Below are positions 24,144-36,638 of a stretch of 64,000 nucleotides of DNA, in pieces. The position numbers were made by a program, and so were the translations under genes. The notes below the pieces were generated by a model. That model searched no databases. It saw only the letters and a list, made by a program, of their open reading frames with translations, and had not been told where the DNA came from. Every line of letters starts with the position of its first letter. The first letter of the stretch is position 1. The DNA comes from TPA_inf: Saccharomyces. Its lineage: Eukaryota. The stretch is from assembly GCA_000146045.2 (NCBI GenBank), contig BK006937.2:252621-316620 (forward strand), in the 5' to 3' direction.

Positions 24144-27100
24144 TCAGTGGATATCCAATGATAGTAATTTCGCGAGTTTATCCGTTGCTGTTATATTATC
24201 ACTTTTTAATATTCTTTTCAAAGAGCTGAATAATTTCAACGCGTCTTCGTTAATGGATTCCTTCCGCAATTCTTCTGAAATACTGAATGCCCGATTTATA
24301 ATATCTTTGTCCAGGCGTGCCAATTTCGCCACATTCATCCCATAACTATTATAAGTCAATCCCTTTTTTAACTTATATAGAAAAATTACACTCATCCAGT
24401 CCTCGCCAGTTTTTTGTTCTTCCACGTAATCCATATGATAATTCCTTATTAACGGAGATTTGATTTCTCCCAGCATGGGAAAATGGGTAGTAAATAATAT
24501 CAAGGGGCAGTCACTTAACTCAGAAAAATACTTTATTAAAGCATAAGAAATTGCTATACCATCGTGCGTGCCAGTACCTCTTCCCACTTCGTCTAATAAT
24601 AGTAAAGACCGTTTATTGCAATTTTTCAAGATGTGTAGGATATCAAGCATTTCCACTTTAAAAGTAGAATCACCGTTTATAATATCATCGTGCGCACCGA
24701 TTCGAGTGAGTACGTTTTCAAATATGCTTAATCTGATCTCTTCTGCGGGGACAAATGAGCCGATCTGTGCCATTATAGTAAGCAGTGCCACTTGTCTAAT
24801 ATAAGATGATTTCCCACCCATATTCGGCCCCGTTATAATATTGATTTTACCGTTTTCTGGGGACATCATGATATCATTTGGTACATAATGAACATCCAGC
24901 GACTCGATAATTGGATTTCTTGCATTTTTTGCGATTATGGCTTGTTGACCATTCACAAAAGTTGGTCTAACATAATTTACGTTGCATGATGTGGCTGCTA
25001 ACGACAAAATACAGTCATACTGCGCCAAATTGAGTGTAATTTTACGGAGCTCTGTATATTCTGCCGTAATTTTGTTCAAGAATTCTTTATACTGTAGTTC
25101 AGATTCCCGAATTAATAAGTCCTTGTAATATTCTAGCTTTTGAGTCAGTTTCTGGGTTCTGGGAGTGGTAAATCTACTGACCATCTTCGTATTGTTAACT
25201 TTTATCCAATCATCTGGCAAGTCCTTAATTTGCGAGTTTTTCACTTCGATTAAGTAATCAACTTCATCTCTAAAATTTAGATATGGACGTTTGAGATATT
25301 TTCGTATTTCTGCCAATTCTTCCTTTAACTGTGACCGTACTGATTCGCTTTCCCTTTGAATTTTTATTATACCCTCTGAACAATCATAGTTATTTAAATT
25401 AAAAAAATCCATTACTTGCTTATCTGAATTTTTTTCCATTACCGCAGAAACGTTGATCATGGTCAAAAAATGAGGCAACTGAGTGGTAGAAAGTAGTTCA
25501 TTCAATTCACTAAATAGTCTAAAAAGTAAAGGAGATTGTTTGCCTATCCTTCCATCTGATGACTTGAAATGTTCTGACAGGTAAGATTGATGCATCTTGA
25601 AGTGATCAACGAAAGAAGTTATTTGCTTTAAATAGAAATAGACTTCTTTTCTAGAAGTTGTACCATACATTATGCGATTTAAAGTTCTTAATAAGTCAGG
25701 GGTATGATTCAACATTTGATTCAACGATTCAAAAAATATACTGTTGTTGATTTCGGATGTAATGCACTCAATGGCATCAAGCCGCTCTTCAATTTGGTGT
25801 ACATCAACCAAAGGTTTGAGAATCCATTCTCTCAACATTCTTAATCCAAACGATGTCCTTGTATGGTCCAATAACCAAAACAAAGAACCTTTACCACCAT
25901 CATGGGTAAAAATGTCCAAACTTTGCAGGGAGTTAGGATCAAGTAACATATGTATTTTTGATGCGAAGGGCGAATAGATAGAAGGAATCAACATCACCTG
26001 CTCATTATTGTACTCAACCATATGCGAATATAACTTAGAAACTAAGCGTATGAGAGACGGCGAGAGTTGAATTTTCTCATTCATTACTTTTATTGCCTGA
26101 ACTACATGATCTTCCAAATCATACTCCTGCTTGTGTATTAAAGGACATGAAATATCTTTGAAAAATTTCGCTACATGTAATGGAAGATCATCTGTATTTA
26201 CCAGTACTTCTATGGGCTGTAAATATTTGATTCGTATCTGTAGTTTCTCATCAGCAAGATTAGGCTCTTCAAATTCATCATACACGACTTCCCCGTTATT
26301 TAAATTGACAGAAATTAAGGAATATTTAGCCACCTTTCCCTGATGTACGTCACGGGACAAAGCCCATATACTGTTTGTATCACCGAGAATACGTTTCCCC
26401 CTAAGGACAAAGGTGGAATTAACACCAAATGTAGCTTTGGTAAAGACATTTGAAATCTTTCTTTCAAAAACGCTTGATTTGCTGGCACCTGGATCATGCT
26501 TCTTAATAGCGCTTGTTTCTGCTTGCTCTACCACGGCAACCTTTAAATTATGATGCACAAGTCTCTCTAGGTGAACGTTTAATCTGACATCCGGGAAAGA
26601 ACAGTACGCAAACTGCCTATGATTGCAATCTTGAGGATTAGACTCATCGATAGTCAATTTTCCAGGCACAAGTTTGATGTGAAGTATTCTGCTAACCGTT
26701 ACTGCATCCTCTGCAAAACATTTGTACTTGTAGCCTACTCTAATAACAAGCACTTTATCTCTATGATGCATTTTCAGGTCCTTCACCTGTTTGTCCAAGG
26801 GAGTAAGTTTCGCTGTAGGGGACTTTCTGGCTTTTTTTTTTACGAAATCTTCCTCACCCTCTTCCTCATCATCTTCAGCCTCAACATTTTCATCACTTCG
26901 TCTTTTCATAATCCTATCCAATTTCTTAGCAAAGTCAATATCATTAAATGTTGTCGAAGTACCACTAGTCTTTTCTGAATTTTTCGAATTCTTGGAAGAA
27001 ACACTGCCTTTGAGTGGAAAGCTATCATTAGTTACTGTTGTGCTTGCAACAGAAGATAAATTGTCCTCTTCATCAGTGTCAAGGCAGATGGATTCGCTAC

Positions 27101-27200
27101 CAGCGCCATTTCCAACCGCAACTTCTTGTTCTTGCTTATGCGTCAGCTCTGATTTTACCGCCTTCTTGAAAAACCTGCTTATTGTGGGTTGTCCCGCCAT
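24144..27200 (-). CDS. MSH3: MutS-homolog mismatch-repair protein
   Basis: The 1047-aa ORF holds the annotated 1018-aa protein, which begins at the internal [11 protein letters not shown]. Walker A (GPNMGGKSS) and MutS signature (TH...GIA) motifs are present. Confidence 0.9.
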
Positions 27201-27496
27201 TATTGTTAATAGATTCAACAAAATAAATCTATTTGCACTGCTTTTGGCTCTCAAAAGTACCAGTTTAGGTTCATTACCTATCACCATTGTTCCAGCTTAT
27301 TTATCATTGAAAATTCACGTGATCGCAATATTCCGTCAGGAGTGATAAATACACGAAAATTTTTCTTTTTTTTCGGTGGCAACCAAAGTCAAACCATCGA
27401 ATTCGAATAAGATAAACAGGGGCAAAGGTGAGTCGGGGAAACACTATTGGTAAAAGATAAGCAATTGAGAAACGTCACTCAGGGACAATTGATTAC

Positions 27497-30400
27497 ATGC
27501 TATCGGCCACATACCGTGATTTGAACACAGCATCTAATTTAGAAACATCAAAGGAAAAACAGGCCGCTCAAATCGTCATTGCACAAATTAGTTTATTATT
27601 CACGACTCTTAACAACGACAATTTTGAATCCGTGGAAAGAGAAATTAGACATATTTTAGACAGGTCGTCCGTAGATATTTACATAAAAGTTTGGGAACGA
27701 TTATTAACCTTAAGTTCTCGGGATATTTTACAAGCGGGAAAATTTTTACTTCAAGAAAATCTACTACACAGACTACTATTAGAATTTGCGAAGGATTTAC
27801 CGAAGAAAAGCACAGACCTTATTGAGCTTTTGAAAGAACGAACCTTCAATAACCAGGAGTTTCAAAAACAAACAGGAATTACATTATCACTTTTCATTGA
27901 TCTATTTGATAAATCTGCAAACAAGGACATTATAGAGTCACTTGACCGCTCCTCTCAGATTAACGATTTCAAGACAATTAAGATGAATCATACAAATTAT
28001 TTAAGGAATTTTTTTCTTCAAACCACACCAGAAACACTAGAGTCCAATCTACGCGACTTATTGCATTCCTTGGAAGGTGAAAGTCTAAATGACTTATTAG
28101 CTCTTTTACTGTCCGAAATACTTTCACCTGGGTCTCAGAATTTACAAAATGATCCCACACGGAGTTGGTTGACACCTCCGATGGTTTTAGACGCAACGAA
28201 CCGTGGGAACGTTATAGCAAGATCTATAAGTTCTCTGCAAGCCAACCAGATAAATTGGAATCGTGTGTTTAATTTAATGTCAACAAAGTATTTCTTGAGC
28301 GCACCATTGATGCCTACTACAGCATCTTTGAGTTGCTTATTTGCAGCATTGCACGATGGTCCAGTTATTGATGAATTTTTCAGTTGCGACTGGAAAGTTA
28401 TTTTCAAACTAGATTTGGCCATTCAACTTCATAAGTGGTCGGTACAGAATGGTTGCTTTGACTTATTAAATGCAGAAGGTACCAGGAAAGTTTCTGAAAC
28501 CATCCCAAACACAAAGCAATCTTTACTCTACTTATTATCCATTGCATCATTGAATTTAGAATTGTTCCTACAAAGGGAGGAATTGTCTGATGGTCCTATG
28601 CTAGCTTATTTTCAAGAGTGCTTCTTTGAAGATTTCAACTACGCCCCTGAATATCTTATTTTAGCATTAGTCAAAGAAATGAAGCGGTTCGTTTTATTGA
28701 TAGAAAACAGGACAGTCATAGACGAAATACTTATTACCTTATTGATTCAAGTGCATAATAAATCACCGTCATCGTTCAAGGACGTTATTTCTACAATAAC
28801 CGATGATTCTAAAATCGTAGATGCAGCAAAAATCATAATCAACTCGGATGACGCACCTATTGCCAACTTTTTAAAATCGTTGTTAGATACGGGAAGATTA
28901 GATACGGTCATTAATAAACTTCCTTTCAATGAAGCTTTTAAAATTTTGCCATGCGCAAGACAAATTGGTTGGGAGGGGTTCGATACTTTCTTAAAAACAA
29001 AAGTTTCTCCATCTAATGTCGATGTAGTGCTGGAATCACTAGAGGTTCAAACGAAAATGACTGATACAAACACTCCATTTAGGTCATTAAAGACATTTGA
29101 CTTATTCGCTTTTCATTCATTAATTGAAGTACTGAACAAATGCCCACTAGATGTTCTCCAATTACAAAGGTTTGAATCCTTGGAATTTTCCTTATTAATT
29201 GCATTTCCTAGATTGATCAATTTTGGTTTTGGACACGATGAAGCTATTTTAGCCAATGGTGACATCGCAGGGATTAATAATGATATTGAAAAGGAGATGC
29301 AGAACTATTTACAGAAAATGTATAGTGGTGAGTTAGCCATTAAAGATGTAATCGAACTTCTGAGAAGGTTAAGAGATAGCGACTTGCCAAGGGACCAGGA
29401 AGTCTTCACATGTATTACCCATGCCGTTATAGCAGAATCGACATTCTTCCAAGATTATCCATTGGATGCATTGGCTACTACATCTGTTCTTTTTGGATCC
29501 ATGATTCTCTTTCAACTGTTACGTGGATTCGTATTAGACGTCGCATTTAGGATAATCATGAGGTTTGCCAAGGAGCCTCCAGAGTCCAAGATGTTTAAGT
29601 TTGCTGTACAAGCTATTTATGCATTTAGGATACGTTTGGCCGAATATCCACAGTATTGTAAGGACCTCTTGAGAGATGTTCCGGCTTTGAAGTCTCAGGC
29701 TCAAGTTTACCAATCTATCGTCGAAGCTGCTACCCTAGCAAATGCTCCAAAGGAAAGGTCAAGACCCGTCCAGGAAATGATCCCATTAAAATTTTTTGCT
29801 GTAGATGAAGTTTCATGTCAGATCAATCAAGAAGGTGCTCCTAAAGATGTCGTAGAAAAAGTTCTTTTTGTTCTCAACAACGTTACTCTGGCTAACTTGA
29901 ATAATAAGGTTGATGAATTGAAAAAAAGTTTGACACCAAATTATTTTTCTTGGTTTTCCACATATTTAGTTACGCAAAGGGCTAAAACAGAACCTAACTA
30001 TCATGATCTTTATAGCAAGGTTATAGTTGCTATGGGGTCAGGGTTGCTACATCAGTTCATGGTCAACGTTACTTTGAGACAATTATTTGTCCTACTATCT
30101 ACAAAAGACGAGCAAGCCATCGATAAAAAGCACCTAAAGAATTTGGCTTCATGGTTAGGATGTATCACATTAGCTTTGAATAAACCAATTAAACACAAGA
30201 ATATCGCATTCAGGGAAATGTTAATCGAAGCTTATAAGGAAAATAGACTTGAAATAGTTGTGCCTTTTGTAACAAAGATTTTACAAAGGGCTTCTGAATC
30301 AAAAATTTTCAAGCCTCCAAATCCCTGGACTGTTGGCATATTAAAGCTGTTGATTGAGTTGAACGAAAAAGCAAACTGGAAATTAAGTTTGACTTTCGAA

Positions 30401-33400
30401 GTTGAGGTTTTATTAAAATCTTTTAATTTGACCACCAAATCTCTCAAGCCCTCGAATTTCATCAATACTCCGGAAGTTATAGAAACTTTATCCGGTGCTT
30501 TGGGATCAATCACTCTGGAGCAACAACAAACAGAGCAACAAAGGCAAATTATACTAATGCAACAACACCAGCAACAGATGCTAATATATCAACAGAGACA
30601 ACAACAACAACAACAAAGGCAACAACAACAACAACATCATATTAGTGCAAATACAATCGCAGACCAACAAGCGGCATTTGGCGGCGAGGGTTCAATTTCA
30701 CACGACAATCCTTTTAACAACTTACTTGGTTCTACTATTTTTGTAACCCACCCTGACTTGAAGAGGGTATTTCAAATGGCTTTAGCCAAGTCAGTTCGCG
30801 AAATTTTGTTGGAAGTAGTCGAAAAGTCATCAGGAATTGCTGTTGTTACGACGACAAAAATAATACTTAAAGACTTTGCCACTGAAGTTGATGAGTCTAA
30901 GTTGAAGACGGCTGCAATCATTATGGTAAGGCATTTGGCACAAAGTTTAGCTCGAGCTACTTCAATTGAACCATTGAAAGAAGGCATACGTTCTACTATG
31001 CAATCACTAGCACCGAATTTAATGTCTCTTTCTTCTTCACCTGCAGAGGAGCTTGACACGGCAATAAATGAAAATATTGGCATTGCTCTAGTTTTGATTG
31101 AGAAAGCATCTATGGACAAGTCTACTCAAGATTTAGCAGACCAATTGATGCAAGCGATTGCTATTCGTCGTTATCACAAGGAAAGAAGGGCAGACCAACC
31201 ATTTATTACGCAAAATACCAATCCATATTCACTGTCTTTACCAGAACCTCTTGGTTTGAAAAACACTGGTGTTACTCCTCAACAATTCAGGGTATACGAA
31301 GAATTTGGTAAGAATATTCCAAACTTGGATGTTATTCCGTTTGCAGGATTGCCCGCTCACGCTCCACCGATGACTCAAAATGTGGGTTTAACTCAGCCTC
31401 AGCAACAACAAGCGCAAATGCCTACCCAAATCCTAACCTCCGAACAAATAAGAGCTCAACAACAACAGCAGCAATTACAGAAAAGCCGTTTGAATCAGCC
31501 ATCCCAGTCGGCTCAACCTCCAGGAGTGAATGTCCCAAATCCTCAAGGTGGGATTGCTGCAGTTCAATCAGATTTGGAACAGAATCAACGTGTTCTCGTT
31601 CACCTCATGGACATTTTAGTTTCTCAAATTAAAGAAAATGCTACGAAGAATAACTTAGCTGAATTAGGCGATCAAAACCAAATTAAAACCATCATTTTTC
31701 AAATTTTGACATTCATTGCAAAAAGCGCACAAAAGGATCAATTAGCTTTAAAGGTATCCCAAGCTGTCGTTAATAGCCTTTTTGCCACTAGTGAGAGTCC
31801 TCTCTGCAGAGAAGTTTTGTCCCTACTTTTGGAAAAGTTATGTTCTTTATCCCTCGTTGCTAGAAAAGACGTTGTCTGGTGGTTAGTTTATGCCTTGGAC
31901 AGTAGGAAATTCAATGTTCCCGTTATCAGATCCCTTCTAGAAGTTAATTTAATTGATGCTACAGAATTAGATAACGTTTTAGTTACTGCAATGAAAAATA
32001 AAATGGAGAACTCAACTGAATTTGCTATGAAATTAATTCAGAATACTGTCTTGTCTGATGATCCAATTTTGATGAGAATGGACTTCATTAAAACCTTAGA
32101 ACACTTGGCCTCTTCGGAAGATGAAAATGTAAAGAAATTCATCAAAGAGTTCGAAGATACTAAGATAATGCCAGTGAGGAAAGGTACCAAAACCACAAGA
32201 ACAGAAAAGCTTTACTTAGTATTTACGGAATGGGTAAAATTACTTCAAAGAGTTGAGAATAACGACGTAATCACAACTGTTTTTATCAAGCAATTAGTCG
32301 AAAAGGGTGTTATCAGCGATACTGATAATTTACTTACATTTGTCAAAAGTTCTCTTGAGCTATCAGTTTCTTCATTCAAAGAAAGTGACCCGACTGATGA
32401 GGTTTTCATCGCTATTGATGCTCTAGGATCGCTAATTATAAAATTGTTGATTTTACAGGGTTTCAAAGATGATACAAGAAGAGATTACATAAATGCAATA
32501 TTTTCTGTGATCGTTTTAGTGTTTGCTAAGGATCATAGCCAAGAGGGTACCACATTCAATGAACGACCATATTTCAGACTATTTTCTAACATCTTATACG
32601 AATGGGCTACCATCAGGACGCACAATTTTGTTAGAATATCTGATTCCAGCACTAGGCAGGAGCTGATCGAATTTGATTCTGTATTTTACAACACTTTCTC
32701 AGGATATTTGCACGCTCTGCAACCATTTGCCTTCCCTGGATTCTCATTTGCATGGGTGACACTATTATCACACAGAATGTTATTACCAATTATGCTAAGA
32801 TTACCCAATAAAATAGGTTGGGAAAAGTTAATGCTTTTGATTATCGATTTGTTTAAATTTTTGGACCAATACACAAGTAAACATGCAGTCTCTGACGCTG
32901 TTTCGGTTGTTTATAAGGGAACACTGCGTGTTATTTTAGGCATTTCGAATGATATGCCATCCTTTTTGATTGAAAATCACTATGAATTAATGAACAATCT
33001 ACCTCCAACATATTTCCAACTAAAGAATGTTATTTTATCTGCTATTCCTAAGAATATGACCGTTCCCAACCCATATGACGTGGATCTTAATATGGAGGAT
33101 ATTCCAGCATGTAAAGAACTACCTGAAGTCTTCTTTGATCCTGTAATTGATTTACACTCATTGAAAAAGCCAGTTGACAACTACCTACGTATTCCCTCAA
33201 ATTCATTATTAAGAACAATACTAAGCGCTATTTACAAGGATACCTATGACATAAAAAAGGGCGTAGGCTACGACTTTTTATCTGTTGATAGTAAATTAAT
33301 TCGCGCTATTGTATTACATGTGGGCATTGAAGCTGGAATAGAGTATAAGAGAACTTCTTCAAATGCGGTATTTAATACGAAGTCTTCTTATTATACTTTA

Positions 33401-33823
33401 TTGTTCAATCTGATTCAAAATGGTAGCATCGAAATGAAATATCAAATTATTCTGTCTATTGTGGAACAATTGCGGTATCCAAACATCCACACCTATTGGT
33501 TCAGCTTTGTGTTAATGAATATGTTCAAAAGTGACGAATGGAATGATCAAAAACTTGAAGTCCAAGAAATTATTTTAAGAAACTTTTTAAAAAGAATTAT
33601 TGTTAACAAACCACATACCTGGGGTGTTTCAGTTTTCTTTACTCAGTTGATAAACAATAACGATATTAATCTTTTAGACCTGCCCTTTGTACAAAGTGTT
33701 CCCGAAATTAAACTAATTTTACAACAATTAGTAAAATATTCCAAAAAATACACAACCAGTGAACAAGATGACCAATCCGCCACCATCAATAGAAGGCAAA
33801 CCCCTCTACAATCCAACGCATAA
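27497..33823 (+). CDS. CDC39: Ccr4-Not complex scaffold subunit Not1
   Basis: 2108-aa ORF with a poly-Q region at about 30520-30650; length and sequence match NOT1. Confidence 0.95.
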   Translation: MLSATYRDLNTASNLETSKEKQAAQIVIAQISLLFTTLNNDNFESVEREIRHILDRSSVDIYIKVWERLLTLSSRDILQAGKFLLQENLLHRLLLEFAKDLPKKSTDLIELLKERTFNNQEFQKQTGITLSLFIDLFDKSANKDIIESLDRSSQINDFKTIKMNHTNYLRNFFLQTTPETLESNLRDLLHSLEGESLNDLLALLLSEILSPGSQNLQNDPTRSWLTPPMVLDATNRGNVIARSISSLQANQINWNRVFNLMSTKYFLSAPLMPTTASLSCLFAALHDGPVIDEFFSCDWKVIFKLDLAIQLHKWSVQNGCFDLLNAEGTRKVSETIPNTKQSLLYLLSIASLNLELFLQREELSDGPMLAYFQECFFEDFNYAPEYLILALVKEMKRFVLLIENRTVIDEILITLLIQVHNKSPSSFKDVISTITDDSKIVDAAKIIINSDDAPIANFLKSLLDTGRLDTVINKLPFNEAFKILPCARQIGWEGFDTFLKTKVSPSNVDVVLESLEVQTKMTDTNTPFRSLKTFDLFAFHSLIEVLNKCPLDVLQLQRFESLEFSLLIAFPRLINFGFGHDEAILANGDIAGINNDIEKEMQNYLQKMYSGELAIKDVIELLRRLRDSDLPRDQEVFTCITHAVIAESTFFQDYPLDALATTSVLFGSMILFQLLRGFVLDVAFRIIMRFAKEPPESKMFKFAVQAIYAFRIRLAEYPQYCKDLLRDVPALKSQAQVYQSIVEAATLANAPKERSRPVQEMIPLKFFAVDEVSCQINQEGAPKDVVEKVLFVLNNVTLANLNNKVDELKKSLTPNYFSWFSTYLVTQRAKTEPNYHDLYSKVIVAMGSGLLHQFMVNVTLRQLFVLLSTKDEQAIDKKHLKNLASWLGCITLALNKPIKHKNIAFREMLIEAYKENRLEIVVPFVTKILQRASESKIFKPPNPWTVGILKLLIELNEKANWKLSLTFEVEVLLKSFNLTTKSLKPSNFINTPEVIETLSGALGSITLEQQQTEQQRQIILMQQHQQQMLIYQQRQQQQQQRQQQQQHHISANTIADQQAAFGGEGSISHDNPFNNLLGSTIFVTHPDLKRVFQMALAKSVREILLEVVEKSSGIAVVTTTKIILKDFATEVDESKLKTAAIIMVRHLAQSLARATSIEPLKEGIRSTMQSLAPNLMSLSSSPAEELDTAINENIGIALVLIEKASMDKSTQDLADQLMQAIAIRRYHKERRADQPFITQNTNPYSLSLPEPLGLKNTGVTPQQFRVYEEFGKNIPNLDVIPFAGLPAHAPPMTQNVGLTQPQQQQAQMPTQILTSEQIRAQQQQQQLQKSRLNQPSQSAQPPGVNVPNPQGGIAAVQSDLEQNQRVLVHLMDILVSQIKENATKNNLAELGDQNQIKTIIFQILTFIAKSAQKDQLALKVSQAVVNSLFATSESPLCREVLSLLLEKLCSLSLVARKDVVWWLVYALDSRKFNVPVIRSLLEVNLIDATELDNVLVTAMKNKMENSTEFAMKLIQNTVLSDDPILMRMDFIKTLEHLASSEDENVKKFIKEFEDTKIMPVRKGTKTTRTEKLYLVFTEWVKLLQRVENNDVITTVFIKQLVEKGVISDTDNLLTFVKSSLELSVSSFKESDPTDEVFIAIDALGSLIIKLLILQGFKDDTRRDYINAIFSVIVLVFAKDHSQEGTTFNERPYFRLFSNILYEWATIRTHNFVRISDSSTRQELIEFDSVFYNTFSGYLHALQPFAFPGFSFAWVTLLSHRMLLPIMLRLPNKIGWEKLMLLIIDLFKFLDQYTSKHAVSDAVSVVYKGTLRVILGISNDMPSFLIENHYELMNNLPPTYFQLKNVILSAIPKNMTVPNPYDVDLNMEDIPACKELPEVFFDPVIDLHSLKKPVDNYLRIPSNSLLRTILSAIYKDTYDIKKGVGYDFLSVDSKLIRAIVLHVGIEAGIEYKRTSSNAVFNTKSSYYTLLFNLIQNGSIEMKYQIILSIVEQLRYPNIHTYWFSFVLMNMFKSDEWNDQKLEVQEIILRNFLKRIIVNKPHTWGVSVFFTQLINNNDINLLDLPFVQSVPEIKLILQQLVKYSKKYTTSEQDDQSATINRRQTPLQSNA

Positions 33824-34141
33824 AAAAACTGCATTTATTTATATACGAAAATCATGATTTCAGAAAAAAAAATATAACTTGTATAATACTATATTTCAGA
33901 GAATACTATTTTGAATAAGAATAGAAGCAATTTCGATTAACTTTTCTTACTGTATATGGGTCGCTTTCACTTTTGAACTACTGAAAATTAGTGTTACCCG
34001 TATTATTGTTTTGGAGAATAATAATAATAATGAGCATCAATTTATATCAAACAAGAGCTGCAATTACCTTATGTCCATGACGCACTGCGAACAAAGAATA
34101 ATTGAGTAATCGAACTTGAAGTTCTATAGAACAGCTTGTAT

Positions 34142-35317
34142 ATGGTTTCATTGTTCAAAAGAGGTAAGGCTCCACCGCTCACGAAAGAAGGCCCCACTTC
34201 TAAAAAGCCTCCTAACACAGCGTTTAGACAACAAAGGCTTAAGGCATGGCAACCAATACTGTCTCCTCAAAGTGTGCTTCCGTTGTTAATATTCGTTGCA
34301 TGTATATTTACTCCTATTGGTATTGGACTCATTGTAAGCGCTACTAAGGTACAAGATCTAACAATTGATTATAGTCATTGTGATACAAAAGCATCTACAA
34401 CTGCTTTTGAAGATATACCAAAGAAGTACATTAAATATCACTTTAAAAGTAAAGTTGAAAATAAACCACAATGGAGGCTAACCGAAAATGAAAATGGCGA
34501 ACAATCATGCGAACTGCAGTTCGAAATCCCAAACGATATCAAGAAATCCATTTTTATATATTATAAAATAACCAATTTTTATCAAAATCATCGCAGATAT
34601 GTCCAATCGTTTGACACAAAGCAAATATTAGGGGAGCCTATCAAAAAAGATGATCTGGATACAAGCTGTAGTCCAATAAGAAGTAGGGAAGACAAAATAA
34701 TATATCCCTGTGGGTTGATCGCTAATTCCATGTTTAATGATACATTTTCTCAGGTGTTGAGTGGTATAGATGACACAGAAGACTATAATTTAACTAACAA
34801 GCATATATCATGGAGTATTGATCGTCACAGATTTAAAACCACCAAGTATAATGCTAGCGATATTGTTCCACCGCCAAACTGGATGAAGAAGTATCCCGAT
34901 GGGTATACAGATGAAAATCTTCCTGATATCCATACTTGGGAAGAGTTCCAGGTATGGATGAGGACTGCAGCCTTTCCCAAGTTTTACAAGTTGACGTTGA
35001 AAAATGAATCTGCTTCTTTACCGAAGGGTAAATATCAAATGAACATTGAGTTGAATTATCCGATTTCACTCTTTGGTGGCACAAAATCATTTGTACTGAC
35101 TACAAATGGAGCTATTGGTGGTAGAAATATGTCACTAGGCGTACTGTACCTCATCGTTGCAGGGCTTTGCGCCTTATTTGGCATCATTTTTTTGGTTAAA
35201 TTAATCTTCCAACCAAGAGCGATGGGTGATCACACTTATTTGAATTTTGATGATGAAGAAAACGAGGATTATGAGGATGTACACGCAGAGAATACAACAT
35301 TGAGGGAAATTTTATAG
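34142..35317 (+). CDS. CDC50: Beta subunit of the Drs2 P4-ATPase flippase (Cdc50/Lem3 family)
   Basis: 393-aa ORF (391 aa from MVSLFKRG) with two transmembrane segments flanking a large lumenal domain. Confidence 0.9.
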
Positions 35318-35549
35318 AGGCCAAAAAACAAACTTTAGTGCCTGTAGGTATTTGTGTTTATAAGTAAACAAGTTTTGTTGACTTCCTGAAACGTAAACAA
35401 AAGAAAAATTGAAGTATGCCTTTTTACGCTTGGAAAATAGTGCGACAAAGAACTCCCAGGGTTTGCTATTCCCATTTAGATGATGAAATGATAGAAAAGT
35501 GGAAAACGTTTATCATGAAATCATCTATACATATACGTAAAAATGTAAA

Positions 35550-36638
35550 CTATGTAAAAATATGTTCCCTATAAAAGTGATGCTCTTCCGGAACGTTTTC
35601 TTTTTCCCACAAATCTCGTTGAAACCTGAACCAATCTGGTAATTCAGAATCACAGGGTATCCTTATTTTGACGTTATCTTTTCCCCTTGCTTTATAATAG
35701 CCATAATCTCCATTTTCTTTTTTATTAAATGCTAATCTATACCTATGGCCAAAAATTCCTAGGTCAGAAGAGGTTTTCTTCAAATCGTCTCCTAGAACTC
35801 CACTTACTTGTAATACTTTATTATTTTTCACTTTGGTTTCGATTTGATTTATTAATGTCAAAAGCCGCTGAGGCACTTCTGGCTCTCTGCAAAGGTCATC
35901 TTCATTTACTCTAATAAGTTTGCCAGAATTGGCCTTATACTCTATCGAATGCGTCCTATTATTCTCAAGGGGCAATTTTTTTGCTTTGTTGTCCACAATT
36001 GTCTTATTATCCTTCTCCTGTTCTATCTCAATGTTAATTATTTCTAGAAATGTTTCCGCAAAATAATTTCTATTCTTACCAGAAAATAATCTGTACTCAT
36101 TTATGATTGATGCAATATTCCATTTCTGAATTTTTCGAAGTATACCAATGACCAACGCGGTCTTATCTACCAATAAAACATTATAATTATCCACATTCAA
36201 TAATGTTTTGAAAGTTCTTTTTAAACACGTGCTCTTAATCAGCATTAAGTCATCATTGTCAGTCAAGTGGTAAGCCAATTCCTCCTGAATTACAGGATCC
36301 CCTGTAGTAGAATTTTGTGACCCATTTGCAGTGGATTTTTTCTTTTCTTCCTGTAATGATAGAGTACTGTTATTATTCGAATATAAATTTGCGTTAGATA
36401 CAGAAGAGCTTTTTACCGGAACTGCCGCAGCCGAGAAATCAGACATCCTTAAAACAATCCATTTTATGGATGATCTTGTGAAAAAATCTTTGAAAAACTT
36501 GGATGGTTCTTGACCTCCAATAAATATAGCTGTCTTTAAATTGAGAGTTTCCAGAAAGGATAAATTTAATGTCTCCACTTTAGAACATCTATATATTCCT
36601 TCTTCAGCAATCCCAAAGTTAGCAGGTGGAACCAGCAT
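35550..36638 (-). CDS. OCA4: Cytoplasmic protein-tyrosine-phosphatase-like (Oca family) protein
   Basis: 362-aa ORF lying convergent with CDC50. Confidence 0.75.
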   Translation of the reverse strand: MLVPPANFGIAEEGIYRCSKVETLNLSFLETLNLKTAIFIGGQEPSKFFKDFFTRSSIKWIVLRMSDFSAAAVPVKSSSVSNANLYSNNNSTLSLQEEKKKSTANGSQNSTTGDPVIQEELAYHLTDNDDLMLIKSTCLKRTFKTLLNVDNYNVLLVDKTALVIGILRKIQKWNIASIINEYRLFSGKNRNYFAETFLEIINIEIEQEKDNKTIVDNKAKKLPLENNRTHSIEYKANSGKLIRVNEDDLCREPEVPQRLLTLINQIETKVKNNKVLQVSGVLGDDLKKTSSDLGIFGHRYRLAFNKKENGDYGYYKARGKDNVKIRIPCDSELPDWFRFQRDLWEKENVPEEHHFYREHIFT

